DNA of 63,472 nucleotides, counting the filler, from Craspedostauros australis (lineage: Eukaryota), in NCBI GenBank assembly GCA_030167865.1. It is 8 parts of 8 records of this genome, joined end to end, with 100 filler letters (N's around TTAATTAATTAA, not from the genome) between each part and the next. Parts side by side here need not be neighbours in the genome. Positions count along the whole stretch, not along the records: positions 21,608 to 29,348 come from JALAGF010003376.1; positions 29,449 to 33,926 come from JALAGF010003377.1; 6 more parts are not named here. One strand, given 5' to 3'. The translations under genes and the position numbers were made by a program. Position 1 is the stretch's first letter. Every line of letters starts with the position of its first letter. The notes below the pieces were generated by a model. The model did no database searches, was not told where the DNA came from, and saw nothing but the letters and a program-made list of their open reading frames with translations. Shown here piece by piece: positions 22,260-33,284 of this stretch.

Positions 22260-25200
22260 TCATGATTGGCAGCACGAGCATGTGGTAAGGTTGTTCGTGA
22301 AGATGGAGATTGGATTTGGAAGCGACGGGTCTCCGGTGCAAAAGAGCGGGTCGAGGTTGCCTGTGATGAATGTGTCAGTGATTCTGAACTGCTCCAACAG
22401 AACCAACTCCGCCAGCTGCGTCGGGAGAGTGCGATTGAATAGGTTTTCCTCCAACCGAAGCACTTCCAGCTTCGTGAGTCTTCCGAGGTGCGACGGGATT
22501 GCCCCAGTCAAGGAATTGCCGTACAGATACAGGCCAGTTAGAGCAGTCATCTCACCAACCTCAGATGGGAGCGGGCCGGTCAGCTGATTGTGTCTCAAAT
22601 TGAAAAGTTGCACGCCCGACAGTTCTCTGAGTGTGGTGGGGATCCTACCAGTCAATCTGTTCACGTACAATCTGAGACTTGTCAGCGCTTTGAGTTTCCC
22701 GATCTCGGAGGGGATGCTCCCGCTGAAGTTGTTGTAGTGAAGTGAGAGCTCGCGGAGTGATTCCAGTTGGCCTAGCTCGGATGGTATGTGCTCTGTGAAG
22801 TTGTTGTCACGCAACCACAATTGTGTCAGAGCGGTCAGCTGTCCCAATTCGGTAGGCAGAGAGCCACCAAGGTCATTTTCGGACATAGATATGTACTTGA
22901 TGGCTGTCAAATTCCCCAGCTCAGCCGGGAGCGCCCCAGTCCAAGAGTTGCTGCGGATGGCAAGGTGCGTCAGTTCGACCAGATTCCCAATTTCGGATGG
23001 AATGGAACCCTCCAACGAGTTTTCATAGAGAGAAAGGAACGCCAACCTGGTCAGGCCTCCAATTTCGGATGGAATGAAACCCTCCAGAGCGTTTTCATAG
23101 AGATACAGAAACCTCAAACTCGTCATGTTTCCGATCTCATGCGGGATGGGGCCGTCCAACCCGTTATCCCGCAGGGACAAGATTGTCAATTGTCTCAGCT
23201 GGCCAATCTCGGTTGGAATGGAATCCACGAATAGGTTCTGCTGGAGTCGAAGCCCCGTCAGCAACCGCAAGTTACCAATCTCCGAAGGAATGGAGCCGGA
23301 GAATTGGCTTCCGAATAGATTCAACGTATTCAACCTTGTGAGATTTCCAATTTCTGTGGGGATGCTCCATCCAATCTGGGTGTCGCTCGCCCGGAACACG
23401 GCAAGATTGGTGCAATTTCCAATCTCGCCTGGAATATAACCGGATATCTTTGATTCTTGAATCTCGAATATTCTCAGGGCTGCGCAATTCCACATCTCAG
23501 TTGGGATCGGGCCAGACAAGCCTGTTTCGGACGCCTGGAAGGTATCGAGCAGGACGCAGTTCCCAATCTCGCTCGGAATCGTTCCTGTCAACGTCGATTT
23601 GTCGACAGCAAATTTGTCCAGATTGGTCAGCAAACCAATCTCAGTGGGGATTTGTCCAACCAGGTTGGACTGTCCGCACAGCAGGATAGTAAGTTGGCTC
23701 AGTCTCCCAATGTACGAAGAGATTTGACCTCTGAGACCGGTGTTGACCAACTCCAACTCTTTCAGCTCCAGCAGATTGTACATGGCCGGATCTATCTCTG
23801 CCCTCACCCAATTGGAGGAAAGCAAAAAGCGGGTCACAAATCCATCTTCGTTGCAGTACACACCCGAAATCCTGAAGCTGTTCCAGGTACATACGTGCTC
23901 ATCGGGGGACATGACATTGAGGCTGCTGTCCCATCTGTCTCCATTCATTGATAGATACATGCTCACGACGCTGTATAGCTCGGTGAGATACCTCAATTTG
24001 TTGGGACTGTCGCTTCTGAGGATGGCGGGGGTGGTGGTTTTGTCCAGATTTGCCATCCAATTCAAAGCTTCGTGCGGAATGGTGTTGGGATCCGCGATCC
24101 TGGCAGTGTCGATGAAGGTCGGTGGGCCAGCCAGCGTTGTCGCCATGATATCGAGGATGGCGAAGAACGCCTCCGTTTGCACATAGCCTCGTGTTGGCTG
24201 TGCGGTGGGTTGGTTGGATGTGGTTGGTGCAACTGATGGCAGTGGCGTTGGCGACGCGCTTGGAGATGCAGTTGGCGATGCAGTTGGGGATGTGGTTAGG
24301 ACCGGGGTTGGATTGCTGGTTTCCAACTGCGGCGGAGTGGAGGTTGGCTGGGTGAGATTTTGGTTGACGCTTCCGTCTCCATCTCCGTCTCCACCTCCGA
24401 TTCCACCTTCATCAATGTTGTTGCTGGCTTCGTTGCCTCGATCGGTGCTATCACCATCGTCTCGGAGCACGACGGCGGCAAGGATTCCAGCTCCGATGAT
24501 GAGGAAGAGGCAGCAAATGATGGCGAAGAGCATGGCCCTCTTGCGTCGCTTCGCCTTTGCTTGACCATCCGCGTCAACGCTAATGCCAACGCCAGCACGT
24601 GCGGTCATCCCACCATCGTCAAAGTCTTTGTGGCCGGCTTCGACCACATCGCCGTGGATCTGATCGGCGCCGTGAGCGTCTGCTTCCGGGATAGCATCTA
24701 CGTGCAGCGGCTCTGCAATGGGGACTGCCGGGTTGAGAGTCGGCGTGGTGGCGTATTGGCGGGCGATCGTCTCTTGGATTGCGGTGACGATTTCGTCTTG
24801 CGTCATGATGTCCTCGGCCAGCACGGCCGGAATGGTCGGGGATGATTCTGGCGCAGTCTCCGGCGTGGTAGCTGGCACAGTTCCCGCTGCAGGATCGTGA
24901 GGGGATGCGGAGGCAGATGGTGTGTCGACCAGTGGCGCTTCGGTAGACCTCTGCGGTGACGAACTCGGGATGCTGTCCTCAACCTCATGCGGCGTGTCCA
25001 ACCTGAGCATCCTGCTCGGAAGCATGGAAGCACCCGTGTGGCGACGTTCTTGAGCTTGCCCAACTGGGGCACCTCCGTAGTGTTGCGCACCCGGGGCTGC
25101 TCGAGAGCTGTCCAGATTGACGAGGTTGTCCTCTGCGGAAGTTGTGGGAGTCTGAGTCTGAGGCTGCCCACCCGTCTCTCCTGTGGTCTTTCCTCCATCC

Positions 25201-25898
25201 TGAAGAACCGGAGGGACGGCAACGAAATCAGCATCAGCATCAGCACCAGCACCAGCACCATGTAGTTCGTCGTGTTGCTTGTTGAGTTGTTTCTCATCGC
25301 CAGTCTTCGATGTCCGCAGCAGCTCTTGTTCTGTATGTACGGATTGGGAGATGCGCTGGTACCGTCGAGTGGGAGTGGTGGCGTCGTCCACAGCAGATGA
25401 TCCTCGTTGTCCGCTCAGTGTGCTCACCATGCCCGCTGAATTGTTCAGGAGCATGGTCTTGGCTATGGCGCTTTGACGACGAGGAAGCCATGCAGTCGGA
25501 TCCGCCGAGGTGACCGTTGCTGGCACAGCTCCCGCCATCCTGGCTCGTTGCGACTTGCGAGCGGCCTTGTCGGTGATGGGGGCCTCTTGTCGCCGGATGC
25601 TGGCAGATCGACGAGCATTGCTCGCAGTTTGTCGCGCGGACGGTTGCGGCGATGGCGCCTGTGTTCCTTGGGTGACACCATCCCGCGCGCCTGTGCCGTT
25701 GTCGTCGCCGTCAGCTGCAACTTGAGCGCCGCTGGGTGTACTCGTATTTGTACTCATAGGCAGCGAGGCTGCCGGTGGTTGATCTGGTGGCCGAGCCGGT
25801 GGTGTGGGCCCCACCTTGTTGTCGCCATTGTCGCCATCATTGCCTTCGCCTGCGACTGGAGCAGCCTCTTCGGCAGCTTCATCCCTTGTTGGCGTCAT
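22260..25898 (-). CDS. Type II single-pass LRR membrane protein (receptor-like, no kinase), ~1,210 aa
   Basis: First ATG at 25898. Disordered N-terminus, KAKRRKR then TM AMLFAIICCLFLIIGAGILAAVVL, a PTASPT stalk, an LRRNT-like cap (YLSMNGDRW...HVCTW...GVYC), about 20 24-aa LRRs and a C-terminal CSCC cap. Confidence 0.92.
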   Translation of the reverse strand: MTPTRDEAAEEAAPVAGEGNDGDNGDNKVGPTPPARPPDQPPAASLPMSTNTSTPSGAQVAADGDDNGTGARDGVTQGTQAPSPQPSARQTASNARRSASIRRQEAPITDKAARKSQRARMAGAVPATVTSADPTAWLPRRQSAIAKTMLLNNSAGMVSTLSGQRGSSAVDDATTPTRRYQRISQSVHTEQELLRTSKTGDEKQLNKQHDELHGAGAGADADADFVAVPPVLQDGGKTTGETGGQPQTQTPTTSAEDNLVNLDSSRAAPGAQHYGGAPVGQAQERRHTGASMLPSRMLRLDTPHEVEDSIPSSSPQRSTEAPLVDTPSASASPHDPAAGTVPATTPETAPESSPTIPAVLAEDIMTQDEIVTAIQETIARQYATTPTLNPAVPIAEPLHVDAIPEADAHGADQIHGDVVEAGHKDFDDGGMTARAGVGISVDADGQAKAKRRKRAMLFAIICCLFLIIGAGILAAVVLRDDGDSTDRGNEASNNIDEGGIGGGDGDGDGSVNQNLTQPTSTPPQLETSNPTPVLTTSPTASPTASPSASPTPLPSVAPTTSNQPTAQPTRGYVQTEAFFAILDIMATTLAGPPTFIDTARIADPNTIPHEALNWMANLDKTTTPAILRSDSPNKLRYLTELYSVVSMYLSMNGDRWDSSLNVMSPDEHVCTWNSFRISGVYCNEDGFVTRFLLSSNWVRAEIDPAMYNLLELKELELVNTGLRGQISSYIGRLSQLTILLCGQSNLVGQIPTEIGLLTNLDKFAVDKSTLTGTIPSEIGNCVLLDTFQASETGLSGPIPTEMWNCAALRIFEIQESKISGYIPGEIGNCTNLAVFRASDTQIGWSIPTEIGNLTRLNTLNLFGSQFSGSIPSEIGNLRLLTGLRLQQNLFVDSIPTEIGQLRQLTILSLRDNGLDGPIPHEIGNMTSLRFLYLYENALEGFIPSEIGGLTRLAFLSLYENSLEGSIPSEIGNLVELTHLAIRSNSWTGALPAELGNLTAIKYISMSENDLGGSLPTELGQLTALTQLWLRDNNFTEHIPSELGQLESLRELSLHYNNFSGSIPSEIGKLKALTSLRLYVNRLTGRIPTTLRELSGVQLFNLRHNQLTGPLPSEVGEMTALTGLYLYGNSLTGAIPSHLGRLTKLEVLRLEENLFNRTLPTQLAELVLLEQFRITDTFITGNLDPLFCTGDPSLPNPISIFTNNLTTCSCCQS

Positions 25899-26530
25899 TG
25901 TTGGCGCTCCTGCTGTTGTTGTCGCCACTCTCGCTAGACAGAGGGAGAGAGCCAGATTCGTGGGCTTTGATGTGAGACGAGACAAGGAAGATCCCTGCTT
26001 GTGAGGTCTTGAGCTTCGCTCATTGTTGTGTGTTGTCGCTTATCGTCGCTTATCGTCGCTTATTGTTGTGTGTTGTGATTGCGTTGATGGCCGCTGTTGG
26101 TTCCCCACGAGAGTCGCACTTTTGTTTTCTTTCGATGTGGTGCCGTTTGGGCGGGGTGAGGAAACTGCTTTCGGCAATCATGCACGCATTAAATGGAAAG
26201 AAGCACATTACCGCAGCGACAACAACTGGAATCTTCAAGCAGTTTCAATTCTCGATCCCAATCCTACACGAGGGTTGTTCGCGGTTGTTCGTATCTCGGG
26301 ACTGCTTGGATCCTGACTTAATTCTGACGGACGAAGGTCGGACTCTGCAACTGCTTTCTTTCTCCAGCATCGCGTCACGACTCAATCTTGCACACTCAGG
26401 TTTTGTGGGTATCTTTGGGTTTTGGGAACGTGGAAGTTCCACGCGAACGCAACCAGAACTCTTCTCGTGGCGCTCTCGTCGTTGTCGTTGCTGTTGTTCC
26501 TGCTGGTGCTAGTGGCGTTTGCATTGGAAG

Positions 26531-26609
26531 CAGTACACAGCAGCAGCAACAGGAGCAGCACACAGCAGCAGCAACAGGAACAGCACACAGCAGCAGCAAC
26601 AGGAACAGC
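26531..26609 (+). repeat. 25-bp tandem repeat x3 (CAGCACACAGCAGCAGCAACAGGAA)
   Basis: Units at 26531, 26556 and 26581; the first differs by 2 nt. Confidence 0.85.
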
Positions 26610-26749
26610 GCATCGAAGGGCAAGCACCACAATTCCGAGCAGATCAATAGCCTCCAATTGCACCGCAATCAGCCTGTCTCTCATCCCTCATCCTTCACAC
26701 CACGATCATCACGACCACCACCACCACCACTACGACCCCATTGGCAAGC

Positions 26750-27076
26750 ATGTACAGCAATGAATGCCCCGTATGCCCCGAATGCCCCGCCTGTCCCCAG
26801 CAATCCACCTTGCTGGCGTTGGCTGAGATGTTCATCGGCATCTTTCGGGACTGGCAGACGGGAGAAGTGCTCGTGCGCGGCTTCATGCTGGGGTTTGGAT
26901 TGAAGATGATGGCGTTCCTCTTCTTCAACAACAGTGACGATGTGGACGTGCAGCTTGCGAATTGTCCGAAGTACGCCAGGCTCTCCGTATTCGCAGGCAT
27001 GGCTCTTTCCACTCTCATGCTGGGATCTTCCTTCTTTCTGCCCACCGGGTTTCGGGCGCATTGGTTCGAGGCGTAG
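26750..27076 (+). CDS. Small hypothetical membrane protein with N-terminal CPxCPxCPxCP motif
   Basis: ATG at 26750; 108 aa; ECPVCPECPACP followed by 2-3 hydrophobic stretches; coding-like codon usage. Confidence 0.45.
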   Translation: MYSNECPVCPECPACPQQSTLLALAEMFIGIFRDWQTGEVLVRGFMLGFGLKMMAFLFFNNSDDVDVQLANCPKYARLSVFAGMALSTLMLGSSFFLPTGFRAHWFEA

Positions 27077-28352
27077 CAGATCAAGCAAGCTCAAGGCGCG
27101 AACGCCAAGATGCAAGCGGCGTGCACGGAGCAAGTCAGCCACAGAAATGGTAAGAACTGTTCGCAGCATTCCAACCAGACAATCAGACAACAATGAGCAT
27201 GCCCATCCATCGAAGCCGCACAATTTCGAAACGCGAGCAATTGGGCATAGCAAGCGATGTCTCAGCTCCAATACAGCAAACGAATGAACTCTGCATCCAC
27301 GCTGCTCAGCGTCTCCACTGCGCTCCTCACAAACTATGCATACCAAGTGCACACCCGGTGCAAGCACGCGGGGACAACTGCGTCGATGCAGTGGAAGAGG
27401 GCCACCACAGTCTGCTTTGGCGATGTTGCCACAGTCATTAAGGAGAAAGCCAGCAGGCCATCTACTCCAGGTTCAACTCCGTTGTGATACTGATTTTGTG
27501 GATGGAGCGATCGAGACGATTCTTACGAGCCTGGGAGCCACTACGAACGACAACGCAACGTGTGTCTGTGTTGACTTCATGTACAAATAACTCTAGTATG
27601 CCAACAGAGTACTTCGAACAAGCGCAAAGGCCGTGATCTGTCTACTCTGCAATATTCTGCTCTACAAGTACAGCGGTCAATGTCCCAGCACACGACAAGG
27701 ACGCAACTCCAGTGCGCCTTGACAGGAACAATTTTAAATCTGCAATCACAATGCAGAGCATCATTTTATAGAATGGTGTTATCATTGCACTGGAGTTCGT
27801 CAGCAATTGCTCTCGACACGCCGCTTTCTGTGGTCCTCGCGGACTTGGTCGATCTTCAGCTCTCTCCACGGTGGCGAGATTCGAGCGATCCTCTCGCTGT
27901 GACGTACAAACTGGTCAAATCGATTCAAGTCAAGTCAGTTTCCGTGGTTTACTATGTTTCATGCTCACGAAAGGAACTGGTGACGATATCGAATTCGTGG
28001 TGGAGATGATCAGACCCATATACTAGACTGGGAGATGTGTTACAAGTCGAGCATCACTGTCGTGTTGGTTGCTTTTGTCTATCCTGGAAAGCCTATCTGA
28101 CCATAGTGCGCTAGGCGTGTCTAAATGAGTGCATAATCGAGGGGTCCATAAAAATTAAACTAAGGCCTCAGAGCAAAATTGACGTCCACGGTGCATCTTA
28201 TAATTGTATCTAGTTTATGAATGTGTAAGTGGTGTGGTCGAAAGCCCCATATGTTGCCGGCGCCCCAGGCGGACTGCAGGTCCCATCACTCAACTGGGTC
28301 ATACCTCCCCTCCGGCCATTTCAAATGACTTGTCGTTTGTGTGTTGACGCTG

Positions 28353-29348
28353 TCATAGTAGTAGAGCATGTTGCCCCACTTCCCTGTCTCTCCTTGCTGC
28401 TTCTGCTGCCGCCGCTTCGGCCAGGACATCTCGCGCCAGTCCTTGCGTGACGGCCTCGCCCTTCAATTCCCATTCCTTGCGATTGGCCAAGGCGTAGTTC
28501 AGATACTCGTCGCTCGATTTACCAAACACGCCACACTCCTTCAGCTTCTTCGCCAGAGGGATGACGTAAAAGTCGAAGAACCCGATCTCACCCTTGTACC
28601 ACGTTTCGATGGGATCGCTTGGTGCCCTTCCGTCCTTGTAGGCGGCGTAACACTCCTTGAAGTACCGCTCGTTCCACTTCCTGTACACATGCCAGTGCTG
28701 CATGGTGTGGGCCACATCCGAGGCCTGGATCAGATGCTCGATCACGATCGTTGCCTTTCGGTTGGTGGCATCGACCACGAGCTCCTGTTCTGGACAACCG
28801 ACGCCGCCGTCCCCCGAAGATACCTTGAATGCCTTGTCCCACCGACCATTGCGCAGCTGCTTCAGATCCTTGTCGACGATGTCAGTCGCCATCACGGCGT
28901 TGATCACGAGCTTGCGGAAGCGATCGAGCTCGTCGAAGGATTCGCAGATGCAGGAACGCAGATCGGCGTATTCCTCCATCATGAACATGTCCCATGCGAG
29001 CACCAGCGAGTTCTGCTCCGCCACGGATCGGTTGTGGTAGATCTTCGAGATCCGGGTATTCTCCTTCACCAGCTGGGCGTTGGGGACGCCTGCATGATCA
29101 ACGTCGTGGATGAGCGCCGAGAATGCACATGCGAACTGCGTCAACGGATCGGACGTGATGCCGTAGGTGTGATCGTGCAGGGTCGCCGCGATGCTTTGGG
29201 CAGCCTGCACGTCGGATGAGAAGGCACGCGAAGACGGAGTGCCAGGCTTGCTGTTCCCGTGAGCCTCATTCGCCACCGATGCAGCGTCTTTCCGCATCTT
29301 GAGCTCATCGGCCGTCGGAGCGACGATGCGGGATAGCAGCTTGATGAC
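28353..29348 (-). CDS. Class I cyclic-nucleotide phosphodiesterase domain (5' truncated; probably the C-terminus of a cyclase-PDE fusion)
   Basis: ALIHDVDHAGVPN, SVAEQNS, VMATDI, EHLIQASDVAHTMQHW, WYKGEIGFFDFYVIPLAKKL. Frame open to the linker. The fusion is inferred from known diatom architecture. Confidence 0.9.
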   Translation of the reverse strand, partial: VIKLLSRIVAPTADELKMRKDAASVANEAHGNSKPGTPSSRAFSSDVQAAQSIAATLHDHTYGITSDPLTQFACAFSALIHDVDHAGVPNAQLVKENTRISKIYHNRSVAEQNSLVLAWDMFMMEEYADLRSCICESFDELDRFRKLVINAVMATDIVDKDLKQLRNGRWDKAFKVSSGDGGVGCPEQELVVDATNRKATIVIEHLIQASDVAHTMQHWHVYRKWNERYFKECYAAYKDGRAPSDPIETWYKGEIGFFDFYVIPLAKKLKECGVFGKSSDEYLNYALANRKEWELKGEAVTQGLARDVLAEAAAAEAARRDREVGQHALLL

Positions 29349-29448
29349 NNNNNNNNNNNNNNNNNNNNNNNNNNNNNNNNNNNNNNNNNNNNTTAATTAA
29401 TTAANNNNNNNNNNNNNNNNNNNNNNNNNNNNNNNNNNNNNNNNNNNN
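29349..29448. other. Artificial contig linker
   Basis: N44-TTAATTAATTAA-N44. Confidence 0.97.
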
Positions 29449-29931
29449 TGGGTGTGCGGCCGCTGTGGTATCTTGTGATTCGAACTGGGACGCTTCTCTT
29501 GTTGTTGGTTGGGGGCGCATCCGGTTGAGCGTCGTCAACTTCGGTATCAGAGGACCGCCATCACGAATCATTCCAAGATGTTGGGATGCTGAGAGAGCAC
29601 CGCCAGGAGGCACAGTTCCTGCGTGGAAAGCATGAAACATCTACACACAAGATGTGATCTGGCATCTCACATGGGCACTACTACATAGAATAGTACTCGC
29701 AGATGGCGGAGGAGGGTCGAGCAGTACATGGATGTCATCCCGTTGGTGTAGTCACATTGGAATGCAACCAGATGCATTCCTTGTTGATGTGATCACAAAA
29801 TGTGAAGCCAACGAATTGGAAACGAAGAAACAACATCGACACCGAGTGCGTAGGTACAGGATCGCGTATATTTGTACATTCCGTATTCACGCTCTGTGTT
29901 CACACTCCGTGTTTGCGCTCAGCGTTGGCCG

Positions 29932-30894
29932 ATGACTTCTCAAGCCACCACCATTGCGAGGACATGGCACCGATGCGATATCCCTTCCATTTCTTGCCGA
30001 AGGATATCGTTCGTGCTTGCGTTGCTTCTCACATTCACACCAATGGCATTGTCCTTTGCACAGTTGCAACACTCTCTGTTCCTCAAACCGTCCTTGCCCC
30101 CGACATCTTCTGTGGCTCCGTCATACCACTGCCACCATCGTCGCCGCCATGACCATCATCAACAGCAGAAACAGGAGCAGACGCACAAGCAGACGCAGCA
30201 ACAACGCTGGAAGAGTTCCACCACCATACGTGCCAAACAGGATCCAACCATGAAAGATTCGTACCAAACCAGCGTTCAGCAGCACCCCGCGACGCGTTCG
30301 CCATCAAAGGCATCCCCCCGACCCCCGTTCATGGTCGGAGCCACCGTGGCCGATCTCTTCTCGTCGCCACCATCCTTGGCAGTTGTGTACCAAACAATCG
30401 GGACAGCCTACGATGTCTCCAGCGCTGCCGGACTTGTCGCCGGCTCGCTGATGCACATGGGTGGCTTCCGACCGTACCCATCTTTTGCTGCAACGGTGGG
30501 AACCGTCACGCTTGCAACTGGGTTCACCTGCATGATGTTGGCAGAAGCGAAGCTGATCTGGATGATCCAACAGAATCCCGATCCCAACGAAGAACAACGC
30601 GCCAATTCGAGCGGCATTCTCAGCGGGCATTCAGGCAACATTCCATGGACCACCCATGCGCTTCAACAGCGAGCGGAGGAGATCCGGAATGACTTTGACA
30701 TCCGGCTGCTTGATTTGAGTGTTTGGAGCGGGTTGGGTGTGTCAGCACTCACGATGGCCGCGACCAAAGGAGGCCCAACGGCGATGGCATTGTCCCCTGG
30801 TAAATTGGGAGTGTTGCAAGGATTGAGCCTGGGGTCGGGCATTGGTGGCCTTGCAGCGCTCAGTGTGATCGCGGCTTACAAGTTGAAGGCGTAG
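29932..30894 (+). CDS. Hypothetical Gly-rich membrane protein (start uncertain)
   Basis: Long ORF with a low-complexity N-part and several Gly/Ala-rich hydrophobic helices (AAGLVAGSL, LSVWSGLGVSAL, GLSLGSGIGGLAAL). Confidence 0.6.
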   Translation: MTSQATTIARTWHRCDIPSISCRRISFVLALLLTFTPMALSFAQLQHSLFLKPSLPPTSSVAPSYHCHHRRRHDHHQQQKQEQTHKQTQQQRWKSSTTIRAKQDPTMKDSYQTSVQQHPATRSPSKASPRPPFMVGATVADLFSSPPSLAVVYQTIGTAYDVSSAAGLVAGSLMHMGGFRPYPSFAATVGTVTLATGFTCMMLAEAKLIWMIQQNPDPNEEQRANSSGILSGHSGNIPWTTHALQQRAEEIRNDFDIRLLDLSVWSGLGVSALTMAATKGGPTAMALSPGKLGVLQGLSLGSGIGGLAALSVIAAYKLKA

Positions 30895-31758
30895 CAAGTG
30901 GTGGGAGAAGAGCACATGGTGCATGGTGCGAGCACGATCTACCAATAGTCTCCAGGTTATCGATCGTTGGTTGCCAATGGAGCCTCCAGTGCTCAAACGT
31001 ACACAATACATAGTAATGCAGAACATGGATAATGTCGCCGTCCATTCATTCTTGCGATACGGTCGTATATAGTCGCATACCTAATCAAACCATGTACTTG
31101 TGCCTGTGCGTCCTGATCGTTGATTGTTGATCGTTCGTCTTGTTTGGCTGAGCCGCCGTGGCTCCACTATCAGTCGAAACAGATCTGCCGGAATTCTCAA
31201 TAGTGTGGAAGACTAAGTGAGTGTATGGTGCTACAGAAACCACAGATCGATTCTGAAGCATGGCTTGGGAGCCCGCTGTTCTATTAGCGACCGCCATACG
31301 ATGGACCAAATCCGTCAAACGAAGATTGAAACTCAACCATGCTAGGGCACTGATCAATGGTGTGTTTTGTGTTCAAAACAAGGTGGCGCACTCTTCAATG
31401 TCTCAGTTGTGACGAGGCGTTGAGAGTGTAGATCAGCCAGAGGCTCCGTTAATAGCACGAGTGCGACCTTCACGTACGGCAGTGTTCGATTGCAATGTTT
31501 AATTCATGGTCTCTAGCTTCGCTATGTTAGATCTCGAATCCACAACATCAAAGCATGATGTGCCTCGGAAATGTTCCGTCGGCATCACTTCAGCTCCTCA
31601 TCGTTGTGTTCTGCGACGTTGACAATCCTCCTCCTCGACCAACAACAGCGAATTAACCACATTCGTACTCTCCATTGAAGCAAGCGGTCTATGTATTATA
31701 CATCTGCAATCGAAGTCCGCATCACACTGACGTTGCCATCAGCGACACGAACAGAAGG

Positions 31759-32877
31759 ATGAAGGATGCTGGACAGCTTGCATCCCACGATGAGCTCAGC
31801 GACATCATCGGGCACTTCCCACAGCACCATCTGATGCATGCGTTTGGATACGGATCCGGCGTCTTCTCTCAGAACATCCAAGCGCAAGCGCATGCCGGCG
31901 GCATGATCGACATGATCCTGGTTGTGGACGATGCTCATCGTTTCCACGAGCAGAACATCCAGCAGAACCCCCAGCATTACACGCCCTGGCTGCGCTGGTC
32001 AGGTCCAGCCATTGCAACCACGCTGCAGCGGTCGCTGCCCGATGCCAAGGTTCTGTTCCACGTGGTGGATGATCCCGTGGCCATGAAGTACGGCATTGTG
32101 CAATGGGATGATCTACGAGCGGATCTGTTGCAGTGGAACGCGCTGTATCTGGCAGGTCGGTTGCACAAGCCCACGCTGCCGATCATGACACCGGTGCCGG
32201 ACGAGTTTGTGGATGCGCAGGAGACCAACCTGCGGTCGGCAGTGGCGGCGTCGCTGCTGTTGTTGGATGGAAACGATCATGAGGACGCGGATGCAGGTCC
32301 ATCGAAGGATATTGGAGATCAGAGTGGCACCACCCCATGGTCCAAGCTGTACATGCAGATTGCTTCGTTAAGCTACACGGGCGACTTTCGGATGAAGGTT
32401 GGGGGAGAAGATCCATTGAAGGTGACGAAGCTGATCCAAGCACCCGGTCAGCTGGATCGCTTCCACTCCATGTATCGTCAATCTTCAGTTACGCAGACGC
32501 TGGAAACTCAGGGAGTGTTGCAGCTGAGCGATGCTGGCGTGGAGTGGGATTGCAAGAGTAGCGCGGCTCGGCGCTGCCTGTGGGAATGCTTGCCGCCTTC
32601 CTTCCAGGCCTTGAATTCGTCGGTGCATGAATCAACCGCATCGACAGAGAGTCGAAAGCCGCTAACGAACGCAAACGCAAACGCAAACATGCCAACAAGA
32701 ACGAATGCGGTGAAGTTCGATGGAGATGCGCAGCAACGGCTGATGTCCAAGCTGGAAGACACCGTGGGCAAACCAGCCAGATATCAATCCATGAAGGGCA
32801 TCTTCACTCTCGGATTCAGCAGATCGTTCAAGTACGCGGCAGCAAAGCTGTCGAAAGGTTTGTTGAGGCGCAGGTAG
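31759..32877 (+). CDS. TAM41: Mitochondrial phosphatidate cytidylyltransferase (Tam41/Mmp37)
   Basis: AFGYGSGVFSQ, MIDMILVVDD, KYGIV, LYLAGRLHKP, NLRSAVAASLLL, SLSYTGDFRMKVGGEDP, QSMKGIFTLG...KYAAAKLSK. Confidence 0.92.
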   Translation: MKDAGQLASHDELSDIIGHFPQHHLMHAFGYGSGVFSQNIQAQAHAGGMIDMILVVDDAHRFHEQNIQQNPQHYTPWLRWSGPAIATTLQRSLPDAKVLFHVVDDPVAMKYGIVQWDDLRADLLQWNALYLAGRLHKPTLPIMTPVPDEFVDAQETNLRSAVAASLLLLDGNDHEDADAGPSKDIGDQSGTTPWSKLYMQIASLSYTGDFRMKVGGEDPLKVTKLIQAPGQLDRFHSMYRQSSVTQTLETQGVLQLSDAGVEWDCKSSAARRCLWECLPPSFQALNSSVHESTASTESRKPLTNANANANMPTRTNAVKFDGDAQQRLMSKLEDTVGKPARYQSMKGIFTLGFSRSFKYAAAKLSKGLLRRR

Positions 32878-33284
32878 AGTAGAGTAGAGTAGAGCAGGCG
32901 AAATCAAGCAAGGAACAAGAAGAAAGAGGAGTGCACTATACTTCGACTTTCTCACCGTCCTGACGCCAACACTGTTTGTGACGCCGCCTGGGTTTTCATT
33001 TAGCTCCGCTCCGTTCCATTTGATTGGGAGCAAACTGGAGATTCATACCATGGGAGTACGCTCAATGATAGCCACATTACCCTTCTCTCGCATAAATAGG
33101 GCTACAGTTCCATTATGATTCTGTTCAACTTCAGCACTCAAAATGAACTTCAGTTCCTCGAATCTGTTGTGTATGTAGCGGCGGCAACTCGCTCTGCTCT
33201 ACCATACGATGATTGGTGTCGCTACTGACACTCGCAACCCTGCCAAACAGAGCGCAATGCAATCAAGCCAATTCTGCTCGCCCA

